Positions 1-10,488 are shown, counted from the first letter of the stretch. The stretch is DNA of 64,000 nt from Gemmatimonadaceae bacterium (GCA_033763905.1 JANRJP010000096.1:9986-73985); one strand, 5' to 3'. The notes: generated by a model from the sequence alone, not told the origin. Program-made: numbers and translations.

Positions 1-886
1 AGCGGTAGACCCCGCCGAGCCGCTGCTCGTAGGAAATGCTCGACGTGTAGCGCAGGCCCTGTTCCACCGACACGTACACGACCGAGGGATTCTTGCGGTA
101 AATCGCAATGCCGATCCGACCGACCACACCCTGCGGCAGTCCCGTCGTCAGCTTGCTCCAGGTCGCACCGCCATCGGTGGACTTGAAGAGCGCCGAACCG
201 GGGCCGCCGCCGACATAGCCGAAGGCCTGCCGCCGACGCTGGTACGTCGCCGCGTACAACACCTCGGGGTTCGACGGATCCATCGCCACCTCGGTGACGC
301 CGGTATCCTCGTTACCCGTCAGCACCAGCCGCCAACTCTTGCCGCCATCGACCGTCTTGTAGAGCCCGCGCTCTGCGGAAGGCGCCCACAGGTTTCCCTG
401 CACGGCGACGTACGCAATGTCGCGATCGCTCGGATGTGGCACGATGCGCGCGATGTGTCCGCTCTCGCGCAGGCCGCTGTGGCGCCACGTCGTGCCGCCG
501 TCATCGGAGCGATAGATGCCGTCGCCCCACCCCGTGCTCTGACGATTCGTCGCCTCGCCCGTACCGACCCACACCACGTTGGGATCGCCCTGAAACACCG
601 CGATCGCCCCGACGGAGTGCACCGCCTCGCGCTCGAACACGGGACGCATCGTCACGGCATTGTTGGTGGTCTTCCACACGCCGCCGGTGGCTGAGGCGAC
701 GTACATCAGCGACGGATCGGCCTCGTACACGGCGAGATCGGTGATTCGACCCGACATCGTGGCCGGACCGATGAACCGGAAACGCACGCGATCCAGCACC
801 GACTCGTCGACGACTTGCGCGTCGAGCGGCGTGGCAGGCAGCGACAGCAGCAGTGCCCCCGCGAGGAACCCCAGACGACGAAGCAT
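1..886 (-). CDS. VPS10/BNR-repeat (sialidase-like beta-propeller) secreted protein, runs off window start
   Basis: Own translation from ATG at 886: signal peptide MLRRLGFLAGALLLSLPATPLDAQ, then FRFIGPATMSGRITDLAV and repeated Asp-box motifs (YRSDDGGTTW, YKTVDGGKSW, FKSTDGGATW). Missing from the ORF track because it has no stop in the window. Confidence 0.85.
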   Translation of the reverse strand, partial: MLRRLGFLAGALLLSLPATPLDAQVVDESVLDRVRFRFIGPATMSGRITDLAVYEADPSLMYVASATGGVWKTTNNAVTMRPVFEREAVHSVGAIAVFQGDPNVVWVGTGEATNRQSTGWGDGIYRSDDGGTTWRHSGLRESGHIARIVPHPSDRDIAYVAVQGNLWAPSAERGLYKTVDGGKSWRLVLTGNEDTGVTEVAMDPSNPEVLYAATYQRRRQAFGYVGGGPGSALFKSTDGGATWSKLTTGLPQGVVGRIGIAIYRKNPSVVYVSVEQGLRYTSSISYEQRLGGVYR

Positions 887-914
887 CAGCACACCGGGTG
901 AAAGACGATTTGAC

Positions 915-3869
915 TCAGAACGCAAACGCCGCGACAAACTCGACCTGCCCACCACGTGCACCGCCGGCCGACGGATCCAACCGCCACGCGTAGCGGAGCC
1001 CGAGCGGGATATCCACCGGCAGATACCACCACCGCGTATCGGCCCACAACTCGGCGCCAATCGACCGGAACGGGACGACGGTATCGAACGGCTGCGCCGT
1101 TGCGGGCGTTGATCCCACGAATTGCCGCCGCACGGCGCGATAATCATCCGCGAACACCGCACCGCGCACTCGACGGACCTGCAACGTCTGCACGAGCGTC
1201 AGGTCGGGATACCACAGCGGAAACACGTAGTCCACGGCGACGCGCGAGGCGACCGCCGCACTCACCGACGGATACCCGCGCGCAAACGGGAGGAGCGACG
1301 AAAACCGGTACGGCGCGGCCTCGGTCAGTGAGGACCGCCGAGCCTGCAACTCGCCGGCAAGATCCACCAGCAGGCCGTGATGCCGTATCACACCGGGCGC
1401 GAAGAGCCGCGTACGGGCCATCCACTGCCGCCCGCGAAACGTTCCACCCAAGGGCGTCTCGCGAAGCACCAGCGTCAGGTACTGCCCCCACACGGGCTGC
1501 AGATCGCGAATCCAGCCGTAGCCGCGACCGGCCGAGAGTGCGAGCGTCACCGGACGCACCGAGCCCTCGTCGCTGGTGAACACGCTCGGCAGCGTGCTGT
1601 TGCTGACCCGCGTCTCGCGCACCGAGGCCTGCAGCGTCACGAAGGTGTTGTACAGATCACGCGTCAACCGGAGCGGGAGCCGCACGCCGAGTCCCGCCGA
1701 CGTTTCGCGCCAGCGCCACGTACCGCCGAGCAGCGTGTCGCCGGAGGTCAACAGCACGCTGGGGTAGTCGTCGCGACGCACCGACACCCGGGCGTCCGCA
1801 TCCACCAGCCAATAGCCGCCGCCCCAACTGACCTGCACGTCGGCCGAGGGCGCCGACTCGTTGAAGTCGTAGCCGACGCCCACCGAACTGCCGAGGGTGC
1901 CCAGCACATCCTGCGACAGCAGTCGCACCGACGCCGATGGGCCTAGGGGCGGCACCAGCACCGCCCAGCCGTAGGGATTGAACAACTGGCGCGATGGCCG
2001 ATACGGCGCATCGGGCAGCGGCTGTGCGGTGGACAGACTGTCAGCGCGCGCCAAGAGGTTGTCGGCGCGCTCCTGCGCCACGAGCGCCTGCACGTCGGCG
2101 GCCGTCGACGACGAGTCCGCGAGCGGCGTCCACGAGCCACGATCCAGCCGCATCAGCGCGGCGCGGCGCCCGCGCCCGGTCTGGTCGTTGAAGGCGATCG
2201 CCTCGCCCGATGGCGACAGCACTGGCGTCGTCGCACCGACCGGGCGGCGCGTCACCTGCCACCAGCGCGATTCGCCGATCCGACGCGCGACCACCTGATC
2301 GCGGCCGTTCACCGGCAACGTCGCGAATAGCAGCGTGTCGTTGCCGCTCGGCGCGTGCAGCGCCTCGTGGGTGAAATCCGTGAGCGGTTCGCAGGACGTG
2401 TCGCCAAAGGGAACGCGACAGCGCTCGATCCGACGCCCGGCCCCGCGACGCACACGGACGATGAACAGCGACCGCCCGTCCACCGCATAGCGCGGCGTCA
2501 CCAGGGCATCGCCCACGGGCGCCGACACGCGGGACTGGACCACACCGGCGGTGTCCAACTCCACGAGATCCATTGTGCGATCAAGCCGTTGCTCCACGAC
2601 CACGAGGCGCGGCGCATCTGGCGCCGCCGCCACCGCCACCCAGCGCGTGGTGTCACCGAGCTGCGTGGTGGTCCCGCGACGAAGGTCGCGTCGCATCACG
2701 ACCGTGTACGAGCGATTGCCCCAGCGCGGGTCGAATCGCTGCTCGATCCAGTGGACCGCGCCGCCACCGACACTGTGCGGGACACCCCACGAGATCGGGC
2801 CCGGTGACTGCAGCACCTCGCGCGTGGTGCCGGTGGGCGTCAACCGCACCAGCGTCGGGAGCACGTCGAGCCCAGACTGCATTACGACCACGCCCGAATC
2901 CCCATCCCATTGTGGGAAGTCGTCATCGGTCCAGACGGCAGGCGTCCTGCCGATCACCGTCGCCGGACTCAGCGGCGCTGCGGCGGCGCCCTGCCGCACC
3001 CGCTGCTGCATTTCCGACAGCGTCGCCCGGTGCCATCCGGTAATGCCTCGTCCCGTCTGCCGCGACAACGCGGACGACAGCGCCCACGGCAGGAACGATC
3101 GGCGCGTGCCGGCGGCCATCGCATCGGCCCACACGCGAGGCCCTTGCGACTCTCGGACTTCGCGCACGACGTGGAAGCCGTACTGGTACTGATCGGGGAT
3201 GAATGCCCCGAATGACCGGTGCACCGTCGTCCAGTAGGACGGCAGCTCACCCTCGAGCAGCACGCCACGCAGCTCGGCGTCGAAGCTCGGCATCCGCCCC
3301 CGCCCACTCTGCGTGAGCGCGGTCTCGGTTGCCACCGCATCCCCTTCGAGCAGCCACGACGGCGTCGTCCAGCCGAGAAACGCCGCCTGCGCGGGCTCGC
3401 CGAACCAGCGGGAGAAGAATCGCGTGACGCCACGATCGAGGTGATCGAACTGCTTGACGTGGCGGTACTCGTGAATGGCCAGCAGGTCGAGCCAGTCATT
3501 CGCGCCAAGCAGGCCGTCGCCCTGCGGCGCCGTGAAGAACCATTCGCTCCGTCGCGGCATCAGCGTCACGAAGCCGTTCGCCGTAGCGCTTCGCCCTTGC
3601 AGCACCACCGTCACCCGCCGCGGCGCGCCGCCGAGCGACGTGGTGTCGGACGCGCCGAGGACGTCGATCAACGTCGCCAGACGCCGCGCATCGCGGACGA
3701 GCTCCGCCGGCGCGACGACGCGGACGCGAATCCCCTCGACGACGCGCCAGGCAACCTCGGGGGGATTCTGTTCGGTACCCACCGACACCTGCGCGGCCAG
3801 CGGCCGACCCACGCCGGCGCAGACCAGGCCCCACACCATCATCGCGGACCGCCGAATCAGCCGAGACAT
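915..3869 (-). CDS. Secreted/outer-membrane protein: zincin-like HExxH region, TolB-like propeller, C-terminal beta-barrel
   Basis: ORF 915..4127; likely start MSRLIRR at 3869, preceded by TAGCTT. HEYRH...WLLEGDA motif; alternating beta-strand C-terminus ending in F. Confidence 0.7.
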   Translation of the reverse strand: MSRLIRRSAMMVWGLVCAGVGRPLAAQVSVGTEQNPPEVAWRVVEGIRVRVVAPAELVRDARRLATLIDVLGASDTTSLGGAPRRVTVVLQGRSATANGFVTLMPRRSEWFFTAPQGDGLLGANDWLDLLAIHEYRHVKQFDHLDRGVTRFFSRWFGEPAQAAFLGWTTPSWLLEGDAVATETALTQSGRGRMPSFDAELRGVLLEGELPSYWTTVHRSFGAFIPDQYQYGFHVVREVRESQGPRVWADAMAAGTRRSFLPWALSSALSRQTGRGITGWHRATLSEMQQRVRQGAAAAPLSPATVIGRTPAVWTDDDFPQWDGDSGVVVMQSGLDVLPTLVRLTPTGTTREVLQSPGPISWGVPHSVGGGAVHWIEQRFDPRWGNRSYTVVMRRDLRRGTTTQLGDTTRWVAVAAAPDAPRLVVVEQRLDRTMDLVELDTAGVVQSRVSAPVGDALVTPRYAVDGRSLFIVRVRRGAGRRIERCRVPFGDTSCEPLTDFTHEALHAPSGNDTLLFATLPVNGRDQVVARRIGESRWWQVTRRPVGATTPVLSPSGEAIAFNDQTGRGRRAALMRLDRGSWTPLADSSSTAADVQALVAQERADNLLARADSLSTAQPLPDAPYRPSRQLFNPYGWAVLVPPLGPSASVRLLSQDVLGTLGSSVGVGYDFNESAPSADVQVSWGGGYWLVDADARVSVRRDDYPSVLLTSGDTLLGGTWRWRETSAGLGVRLPLRLTRDLYNTFVTLQASVRETRVSNSTLPSVFTSDEGSVRPVTLALSAGRGYGWIRDLQPVWGQYLTLVLRETPLGGTFRGRQWMARTRLFAPGVIRHHGLLVDLAGELQARRSSLTEAAPYRFSSLLPFARGYPSVSAAVASRVAVDYVFPLWYPDLTLVQTLQVRRVRGAVFADDYRAVRRQFVGSTPATAQPFDTVVPFRSIGAELWADTRWWYLPVDIPLGLRYAWRLDPSAGGARGGQVEFVAAFAF

Positions 3870-3908
3870 AGCGCAAAAGCTAGCGCCCCCGGCGGCTAGA
3901 TTTCCAAG

Positions 3909-4781
3909 ATGCACGCTTCCCTCCCGCTCGCCGGTCGGACCATCGTGGTCACCGGAGCCACCGACGGCATCGGGCGCATCACCGCCGAACGCTTGGCGCA
4001 GCGCGGCGCCCAGCTGGTGCTGGTCGGCCGCAACCCGGGACGGCTCGACACCGCGCGCCGCGACATCGCGGCCGTCGCCGCTGGCGCCCCGGCCCCGCTC
4101 ACGTTCTGCGGCGACCTCAGCGTGCAAGCCGATATCCGTCGCGTCGCCGCCGAGATTCGCGCGGCCCTACCGGCGATCGACGTGCTGGTGAACAACGCCG
4201 GCGCCCTCTTCGCCGAGCGCGCCGAGACGGTCGACGGCATCGAGCGGACCTTCGCGCTGAACCATCTCGGCTACTTTCTGTTCACTGCCGAGTTGCTGCC
4301 CGCCATCAAGGCTGGGCGTTCCCCGCGGATCGTCAACGTCGCCAGTGACGCGCATCGCTCCGCGCGTCTGGTGCTCGACGACCTGCAGCACACGCGACGC
4401 GGCTGGAGCGGGTGGCGGGCCTACTGCGAGTCAAAGCTGGCAAACATCGCGTTCACGTACGCGCTCGCGCGCCGCCTCACCGGCAGCGGCGTCACCGTCA
4501 ACGCCCTGCACCCGGGCTTCGTGGCATCGAGCTTCGGGTCCAGCAATGGATGGATCAGCGTCGCTCTGCGCTTCTTTATGACCTTCGCGGCGATCAACGT
4601 CGAGCAGGGTGCAGCGACGTCGATCTTCCTCGCGAGCGATCCGAGCGTGAATGGCGCGTCCGGCGGATACTACGGCAAGTGCCGGCTGAAAGCGTCGAAC
4701 GACGCATCACGCGTTGTGGCGGACCAGGAAGCCCTCTGGGCCGCATCCGAAGCGCTGGTCGGCCGCCGGTTTGACGGCTAG
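3909..4781 (+). CDS. SDR-family oxidoreductase (retinol dehydrogenase-like)
   Basis: TGATDGIG Rossmann motif, NNAG, YCESK (YxxxK), LHPG. Confidence 0.92.
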   Translation: MHASLPLAGRTIVVTGATDGIGRITAERLAQRGAQLVLVGRNPGRLDTARRDIAAVAAGAPAPLTFCGDLSVQADIRRVAAEIRAALPAIDVLVNNAGALFAERAETVDGIERTFALNHLGYFLFTAELLPAIKAGRSPRIVNVASDAHRSARLVLDDLQHTRRGWSGWRAYCESKLANIAFTYALARRLTGSGVTVNALHPGFVASSFGSSNGWISVALRFFMTFAAINVEQGAATSIFLASDPSVNGASGGYYGKCRLKASNDASRVVADQEALWAASEALVGRRFDG

Positions 4782-5788
4782 TCCGTCACGCGCGCGAGAA
4801 TGACGGCGGTCCGGTCGTCGTTCTCGCCGCGACGCTCGAAGCCCAGCCATTGGGCCAGCGCCGGACCGGCATCGGCGTTGCCGAGGACGGGACCGCGGAA
4901 ACGTTGCACCACGTGCGGGATCTCGACCGGATCGCCGCGTCGCCACTGGGCGAAGATCGCGGCCGCCGTCTCTTCGATCGGATGCATCGGATCATCGACA
5001 CCGTCGGTGAGCAGGGCGATCGCGTCGAGATCTGCCGCGTCGGTGACGCGAATATGGGACGCGCGCTCGGGCGCCTGCGGATCCGGCACGAACGTGCGCA
5101 CCTCCCCCGCAAAGTCGCCGCTGTCCGCCGCCCCGAGTCGCACCGTACTGCCGTCCCGCCGATGCGCGAGGATGGCGCCATCGCCTACCTGCGCGGTCAC
5201 GACGATGGTCTCGGTCTCGGAGGTATAGCAGGCCGCCACGAGCAAGGTGCAGCGGAACTCCGACGGCGATCGTTGCGTCGCGGCGGCCAAATCGTGCAAC
5301 AGGCGGCACGTCTCCCACACCGACAGGCCGATGGCGTGACCGACCGCGTGGGTCAGCTCTTCACGGTGCCGCTCGCGCAGGTATGCCCGCTCCGGGGCTA
5401 GCTTGGCCACCACGCGGCTCGCGGTCTCGCGACAGGTGAGCTCGGCACCGACGCGGCTGAGCGCGCTCGATCCGGCGCCATCGGCGGCGCAGAGCACGAC
5501 AAGACCATCCTCGCGGCGCACCGCGAACGCATCCTCGCGGTGATCACCGCGATGGGCGTGCGAACGCCCGCGCACCGATGCCGCGACCGCACGCCAGCCC
5601 GCAGCGACATCATCAGCAAAGAGATGCACGTCGGCGGTCCCGACGTCGGCAAGCCACGAGGGACCCGCCGCCACGACGTCGGCGGGGCACCACGGGTCGG
5701 AGGCCGCCACCTGCTGCCACGTCGCGGCCACCACAGGTTCGTCGTCGGCCGCTGGCTGGGCGGGGAGAGAGGCGAGTTCGTCGGTCAC
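4778..5788 (-). CDS. PP2C-family (PP2C_2 type) Ser/Thr protein phosphatase
   Basis: SVRGRSH...REDA, ADGAGS, QVGDG, LTDGV, DDRT motifs; probable GTG start at 5788 overlapping the upstream TGA. Confidence 0.82.
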   Translation of the reverse strand: MTDELASLPAQPAADDEPVVAATWQQVAASDPWCPADVVAAGPSWLADVGTADVHLFADDVAAGWRAVAASVRGRSHAHRGDHREDAFAVRREDGLVVLCAADGAGSSALSRVGAELTCRETASRVVAKLAPERAYLRERHREELTHAVGHAIGLSVWETCRLLHDLAAATQRSPSEFRCTLLVAACYTSETETIVVTAQVGDGAILAHRRDGSTVRLGAADSGDFAGEVRTFVPDPQAPERASHIRVTDAADLDAIALLTDGVDDPMHPIEETAAAIFAQWRRGDPVEIPHVVQRFRGPVLGNADAGPALAQWLGFERRGENDDRTAVILARVTD

Positions 5789-7392
5789 GTGCGTGGCCAA
5801 AGCTTGAGCAGCACCCACGGTTCCGTCGTTCGCGGCCGAGTCGCTGGGTTCAGGAAGCGTCCGTTCATCCGCGAGACGCCGAACTTGTCGAAGCGGGCCA
5901 CGGGCTCGGCGCGACCCGCGAGCGCCACCACGGCGGCTTCGTCAGCGCTCCGCGCAAAGACCCACAGCGGCCCGCCGTCTGCCGTAAGCCACGGCGCCAG
6001 CTCAGGGGCGGTCGGCACGTTGGGCACGATCCGCCGCGCCGCAAAATCCAAGGAGGGCAAGTGCACGTTCAGGGCCACGAAGCGACCCTCCGGGACCCCA
6101 GCCTCGCGGATGCGCGCCCCGGCGGCGGTTTCGACCTGATACGAAAAGATCTTCGGTGCGGCGAGGCTGTTGACCGCGAGCATCCCGGCAGCCATCAACC
6201 CCGCCGTCAGGAAGACGTGCCGCCACGCGGGTTCCGCGACGCGGTGCACCTGAATGAGGAGCAGCGCCACGCCGGCCAACATCGCCCAGCCCCACCACGG
6301 CACGCCGCCGAACGCTGCCGCCCGCAGGCCGACCGCCACCAGCACCACCAGCAGACCGAGCGCGGGCAAGCCCACGCGCCAGCCGCGGGCAATGGCGGCG
6401 CCGACATCCCGCAGTTGCCGCGCCGCCAGTACCGCCGCGAAGGGCAAGGCCACGTAGATGTAATGCGGCAACTTGTAGCGCGACGACGAGATCGCCGCGA
6501 CGAGCAGGAGAAATCCCCCCACCGCCAGCGCCTCGTCCCGCCACATCGCGTTGCGCGGCGCGCGGAGCATTCGGCCGAGGCGCCACAACACCACCGGCGC
6601 CCACGGGAGGAACGTCCACAGGAAGGTGTGCGTGAAGTAGAGCGGCGAGGTGTCGTTCTTCCACTCGCTCGCCCCAGTCACTCGGCCGAAGCTCTGCGTC
6701 CAGAAGAAGAACTCCAGACCGCGACTCCCGAACTCTCGCCACAGACCGAGCAGCATCGGACTCAACACCAGCAGGATCACCACCGGCACCAGGAGTACCG
6801 ACGGCGTCCACAGGACGCGCCACCGCCGATGCACCAGGACGTCGACACCGACGGCGACACCGGGTGCGACGAGGCCGATCGGTCCCTTCGCGAGCATCGC
6901 GATGCCCGCAGCAAGCGCCCCCAGCACGAGGTGCCGCAAGACCGGCCGCCGTACCCACTCGGCCCACTGCCACGTGGCCACCGCCACGCCGGCCATCAGC
7001 AAAGTGTCGGTGCGAGGGTCCGAGACCATCAGCATCGCGGCAATCGACGACGCGAGTGTCCAGCGGGCCAACCGCGCGGTTTCGTCGTCGCCGCTGACCA
7101 CCGCGGCCAGTCGGCCCGTCCCCCAGATGGCCACCGCGAGCGCCAGCAGTGACGGCAGTTTGTACGCCCAATCGGAGACGCCGAATACCGCGTACGACGC
7201 TGCGGCCGTCCAGAAGACCAGCGGCGGCTTGTCGAGATACGGGACGCCGCGCTCGTACACTTCCAGCCACTCGCCGCGCTGCAGCATCTCCATCGCGATC
7301 GCCGCGTACTGCGCGGCGTCGTAGTCCATCGCAGGGGTGGAGAGGCCGAGCGCGAGGCCCAGGGCGAGCAGTGCAGCGACGAGGAATGCCAT
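5785..7392 (-). CDS. ArnT/PMT-family (GT-C) membrane glycosyltransferase
   Basis: D..QYA.IA.EM, YLDKPPL, LAKGPIG, LPW, KLPHYI motifs; many TM segments; start estimated at ATG 7392. Confidence 0.88.
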   Translation of the reverse strand: MAFLVAALLALGLALGLSTPAMDYDAAQYAAIAMEMLQRGEWLEVYERGVPYLDKPPLVFWTAAASYAVFGVSDWAYKLPSLLALAVAIWGTGRLAAVVSGDDETARLARWTLASSIAAMLMVSDPRTDTLLMAGVAVATWQWAEWVRRPVLRHLVLGALAAGIAMLAKGPIGLVAPGVAVGVDVLVHRRWRVLWTPSVLLVPVVILLVLSPMLLGLWREFGSRGLEFFFWTQSFGRVTGASEWKNDTSPLYFTHTFLWTFLPWAPVVLWRLGRMLRAPRNAMWRDEALAVGGFLLLVAAISSSRYKLPHYIYVALPFAAVLAARQLRDVGAAIARGWRVGLPALGLLVVLVAVGLRAAAFGGVPWWGWAMLAGVALLLIQVHRVAEPAWRHVFLTAGLMAAGMLAVNSLAAPKIFSYQVETAAGARIREAGVPEGRFVALNVHLPSLDFAARRIVPNVPTAPELAPWLTADGGPLWVFARSADEAAVVALAGRAEPVARFDKFGVSRMNGRFLNPATRPRTTEPWVLLKLWPRT

Positions 7393-7430
7393 TGCCGCGA
7401 AATCTAGCGGTGATCGGGTATCTTCCCGTG

Positions 7431-8720
7431 GTGAGCACCGGACAGTTTCCCCTGCCGACGGGCCAGTTCCCCGTACCCGAGTACGCCCCACCCAGCGGCG
7501 AAGGGACGGCAGATCCGGGCGCCGTCGGTTTCGTGTTGCGGCTCGGCAAGGCGCTGCACCAGAACGGCTACCCCGCGCACCAACTCGAGCAGGCGCTCGC
7601 GTTGGTCGCCCGACGGCTCGGGCTGACCGCCCAATTCTTCTCGACGCCGACGTCGATCTTTGCCGGATTCGGGACTCCGGATCGGCAGCAGACGACGATG
7701 ACCCGCGTCGAACCCGGCGACGTGAATCTGGCGCGACTCTCTCGGCTCGATCAGGTGATGCGCGACGTGCTCGACGGCCGGGCCACCGCGCTCCAGGGGA
7801 GCGCGCGGGTCGAGCACCTGCAAGTCGCGCCGGGGCCGTACCCGCGCGCCCTTACCGTGGCCGCCTTCGGCCTCGCGTCCGGTGCCGTCGCCGTGCTCCT
7901 CGGCGGCGGCTGGCGAGAGATTCTCACCGCGGCGCTGCTCGGCGTCGTCACCGGCCTGCTCGATGCCGTGGTGGCCCCGTTCCGACGTGCGCGCACGATT
8001 TTCGAACCGACGGCGGCGTTCGCCGTGGCCCTGCTGGCGGCGCTCGCCGGCGTGTGGCTTGGTGGATACGGCCAAGGCATCGCGACGCTCGCCGGACTGA
8101 TCGTGCTGCTTCCCGGGCTGATGCTCACGACCGCGATGACCGAGCTGGCCACGCAACATCTGGCGTCGGGGACCGCGCGGCTGTCGGGGGCGCTCATCAC
8201 CTTCCTCTCGATCGCCTTCGGCGTGGCGCTGGCATCGAAGGTGGCGCCGCTGCTGATGACGATTCCCGCCACCGCGGCAGCGTCGCCACTCCCGTCGTGG
8301 ACGACGTATCCCGCGATTGTCGTGGCCGCGCTGTCGTTCACGGTGCTACTGCGGGCCGAACCCGCTGATGCCGGCTGGATCGTCCTCGCCGGCGCGCTCA
8401 GCTACTTGAGCGCGCGTGCCGGCCGCGAGCGGCTCGGCCCCGAACTCGGTGCGTTCATCGGCGCGCTGGTGATTGGCGTGGCCAGCGACGTGTTCGCCCG
8501 CGTCTTCCGACGCCCGAGCGCGATCACGCAGGTGCCCGGCGTGCTGATCATCGTGCCCGGATCGGTCGGGTATCGCGGACTGATGTCGTTGCTCAACGAC
8601 CAGGTGGTCGTGGGCATCGAGACCGCCTTCCAGATGGCACTGATCGGTGTGTCGATCGTCGCGGGCCTGCTGATGAGCAACGTGCTGGTGCCGGGCGAAT
8701 CGTTCGGCCGCGAGCGCTGA
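7431..8720 (+). CDS. ThrE-family threonine/serine exporter
   Basis: LGKALHQNG, FSTPTSI, VNLARL, LIVLLPGL, IIVPGSVGY; about 10 TMs; start uncertain. Confidence 0.85.
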   Translation: MSTGQFPLPTGQFPVPEYAPPSGEGTADPGAVGFVLRLGKALHQNGYPAHQLEQALALVARRLGLTAQFFSTPTSIFAGFGTPDRQQTTMTRVEPGDVNLARLSRLDQVMRDVLDGRATALQGSARVEHLQVAPGPYPRALTVAAFGLASGAVAVLLGGGWREILTAALLGVVTGLLDAVVAPFRRARTIFEPTAAFAVALLAALAGVWLGGYGQGIATLAGLIVLLPGLMLTTAMTELATQHLASGTARLSGALITFLSIAFGVALASKVAPLLMTIPATAAASPLPSWTTYPAIVVAALSFTVLLRAEPADAGWIVLAGALSYLSARAGRERLGPELGAFIGALVIGVASDVFARVFRRPSAITQVPGVLIIVPGSVGYRGLMSLLNDQVVVGIETAFQMALIGVSIVAGLLMSNVLVPGESFGRER

Positions 8721-8736
8721 TCACCGAAGCGGGCGA

Positions 8737-9171
8737 CTACCCAGGCTGCTTGGTGACCATCGCCCACAGCGCCCAGAGCAACGGCGCCACCGCAAGCCAG
8801 CCCCACACGCGCCAGCGCTGGAGCGCGCGGCGGACCACCGCGGGATCGTCGGCCAGCATCGCCCGTTGGGCCGGTAGCAGCACCACCAGCCAGATCGCCG
8901 TGGAGACCCCGAGGCCAACCAGCCCGTGGCGGATCCAGGGCGTGGCCCACAGTGGCAGTCCCAATGCCCGCGCGCGCAGCACACCGAAGGTCGTCAGCAG
9001 GGCACTGCCGCCGATCGTGAAGGCGATATCGGTCCACCAGATCGCGCGCGCGACCGACCGGAAGCGCGGCGCGCCGTCCCAACGCCAGAGCAACTCGGCC
9101 CACACGCCGGTGACGATCACGTTGCCCAGCATCAGCACCACACCAAGTACGTGCAGAAAGCGCCAAGTCAT
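8737..9171 (-). CDS. Small integral membrane protein (DUF2269-like)
   Basis: C-terminal 144 aa of ORF 8737..9966: MTWRFLHVLGVVLMLGN...WAMVTKQP, four TMs. Confidence 0.75.
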   Translation of the reverse strand: MTWRFLHVLGVVLMLGNVIVTGVWAELLWRWDGAPRFRSVARAIWWTDIAFTIGGSALLTTFGVLRARALGLPLWATPWIRHGLVGLGVSTAIWLVVLLPAQRAMLADDPAVVRRALQRWRVWGWLAVAPLLWALWAMVTKQPG

Positions 9172-9195
9172 CGTCCCCGCAGTATGCTCTACGGT

Positions 9196-10488
9196 ATGAC
9201 CGACTGGAACTCCCGCGCCGTTTCCGCTGACGACGTCGTTCGCCATATCCCGTCCGGCGCGCGCGTCTTTATCCACGGCGCTGCCGCCACGCCGACCCCC
9301 TTGCTCGAGGCGATGGTGCGTCGGGACGACCTGCACGATGTCACGTTGGGGCATCTGCACCTCGAAGGCCCCGCCCCGTTCGTCGAGCCGCCGCATTACC
9401 AGCGCTTCCGCTCGCAATCGTTTTTCGTCGGGGCGAACGTTCGGGCCGCCGTGCAAGACGGGCGCGCGGAGTACATCCCGGTCTTCCTGTCGGATGTCCC
9501 ATCCCTGTTCAGCAGCCGCGACTGGCCGGTGGATGTCGCACTGATCCAGGTGTCGCCACCTGACCGGCACGGCAATTGTACGTTGGGTCCCTCCGTCGAC
9601 GTCGCGCGGGCGGCCGTCGACGCGGCCCGCATCGTGCTCGCGGAAGTGAACGCTCAGATGCCGCGCACGCACGGCAACACGGTGGTGCACTGCTCGCGAT
9701 TGACGGCATTCGTCACCACGGACCGCCCGTTGCCCACACATCTCGGACGCGCCGCGACACCAGAGGACGCCGCCATTGGCGGCATCGTCGCCGATCTCGT
9801 GCCCGACGGGGCGACATTGCAGACCGGGATCGGCGCGATTCCCGATGCGGTACTGGACCGGCTCACCGGCAAGCAGGACCTGGGCGTGCACACCGAGATG
9901 TTCTCCGACGGCATCGTGCGGCTGGTCCGCTCGGGTGCCGTCACCAACGAGCGCAAAGGCGTGCATCGCGGCCGTATCGCCACGAGCTTCGTCAATGGTT
10001 CACAGGCCGTGTTCGACTTCGTCCACGACAATCCGGCGGTGACGTTCTATGCGGCGAACCACGTCAACGATCCCGCGGTGATTCGGCAGAACGACGCCGT
10101 GATTGCGGTGAACTCGGCAATCGAAGTGGATCTGACCGGTCAGGTCTGCGCGGACTCCATTGGCGGCCGCATCTTCAGCGGCATCGGCGGCCAACTCGAC
10201 TTCATGCGCGGCGCCGCACTGTCGAAGGGCGGCAAGCCGATCATCGCGCTGCCCGCCACGGCCAAGGGCGGTGCCCAATCGCGCATCGTCCCGCAGCTCA
10301 AGCCCGGCGCCGGCGTCGTCACCACGCGCGGGCACGTCCACTGGGTCGTGACCGAATTCGGCGCAGTGAATCTGCACGGCCTGAGCCTGCGGGAGCGCGC
10401 CGAACGGTTGATTGCGATCGCCCACCCGGACCACCGCGCCACGTTGCGTCAGGCGGCGGCGGCCGCCGCCGTCATTCCGGCACGCTAG
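9196..10488 (+). CDS. Acetyl-CoA hydrolase/transferase (4-hydroxybutyrate CoA-transferase-like)
   Basis: LQTGIGAIPDA, HTEMFSDG, EVDLTGQVCADS, SGIGGQLDF, VVTEFG. Confidence 0.93.
   Translation: MTDWNSRAVSADDVVRHIPSGARVFIHGAAATPTPLLEAMVRRDDLHDVTLGHLHLEGPAPFVEPPHYQRFRSQSFFVGANVRAAVQDGRAEYIPVFLSDVPSLFSSRDWPVDVALIQVSPPDRHGNCTLGPSVDVARAAVDAARIVLAEVNAQMPRTHGNTVVHCSRLTAFVTTDRPLPTHLGRAATPEDAAIGGIVADLVPDGATLQTGIGAIPDAVLDRLTGKQDLGVHTEMFSDGIVRLVRSGAVTNERKGVHRGRIATSFVNGSQAVFDFVHDNPAVTFYAANHVNDPAVIRQNDAVIAVNSAIEVDLTGQVCADSIGGRIFSGIGGQLDFMRGAALSKGGKPIIALPATAKGGAQSRIVPQLKPGAGVVTTRGHVHWVVTEFGAVNLHGLSLRERAERLIAIAHPDHRATLRQAAAAAAVIPAR

Noticed and set aside
7437..7478. TGQFPLP-TGQFPVP peptide duplication at the ThrE N-terminus
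   Set aside because: Only two short copies; no functional inference possible.
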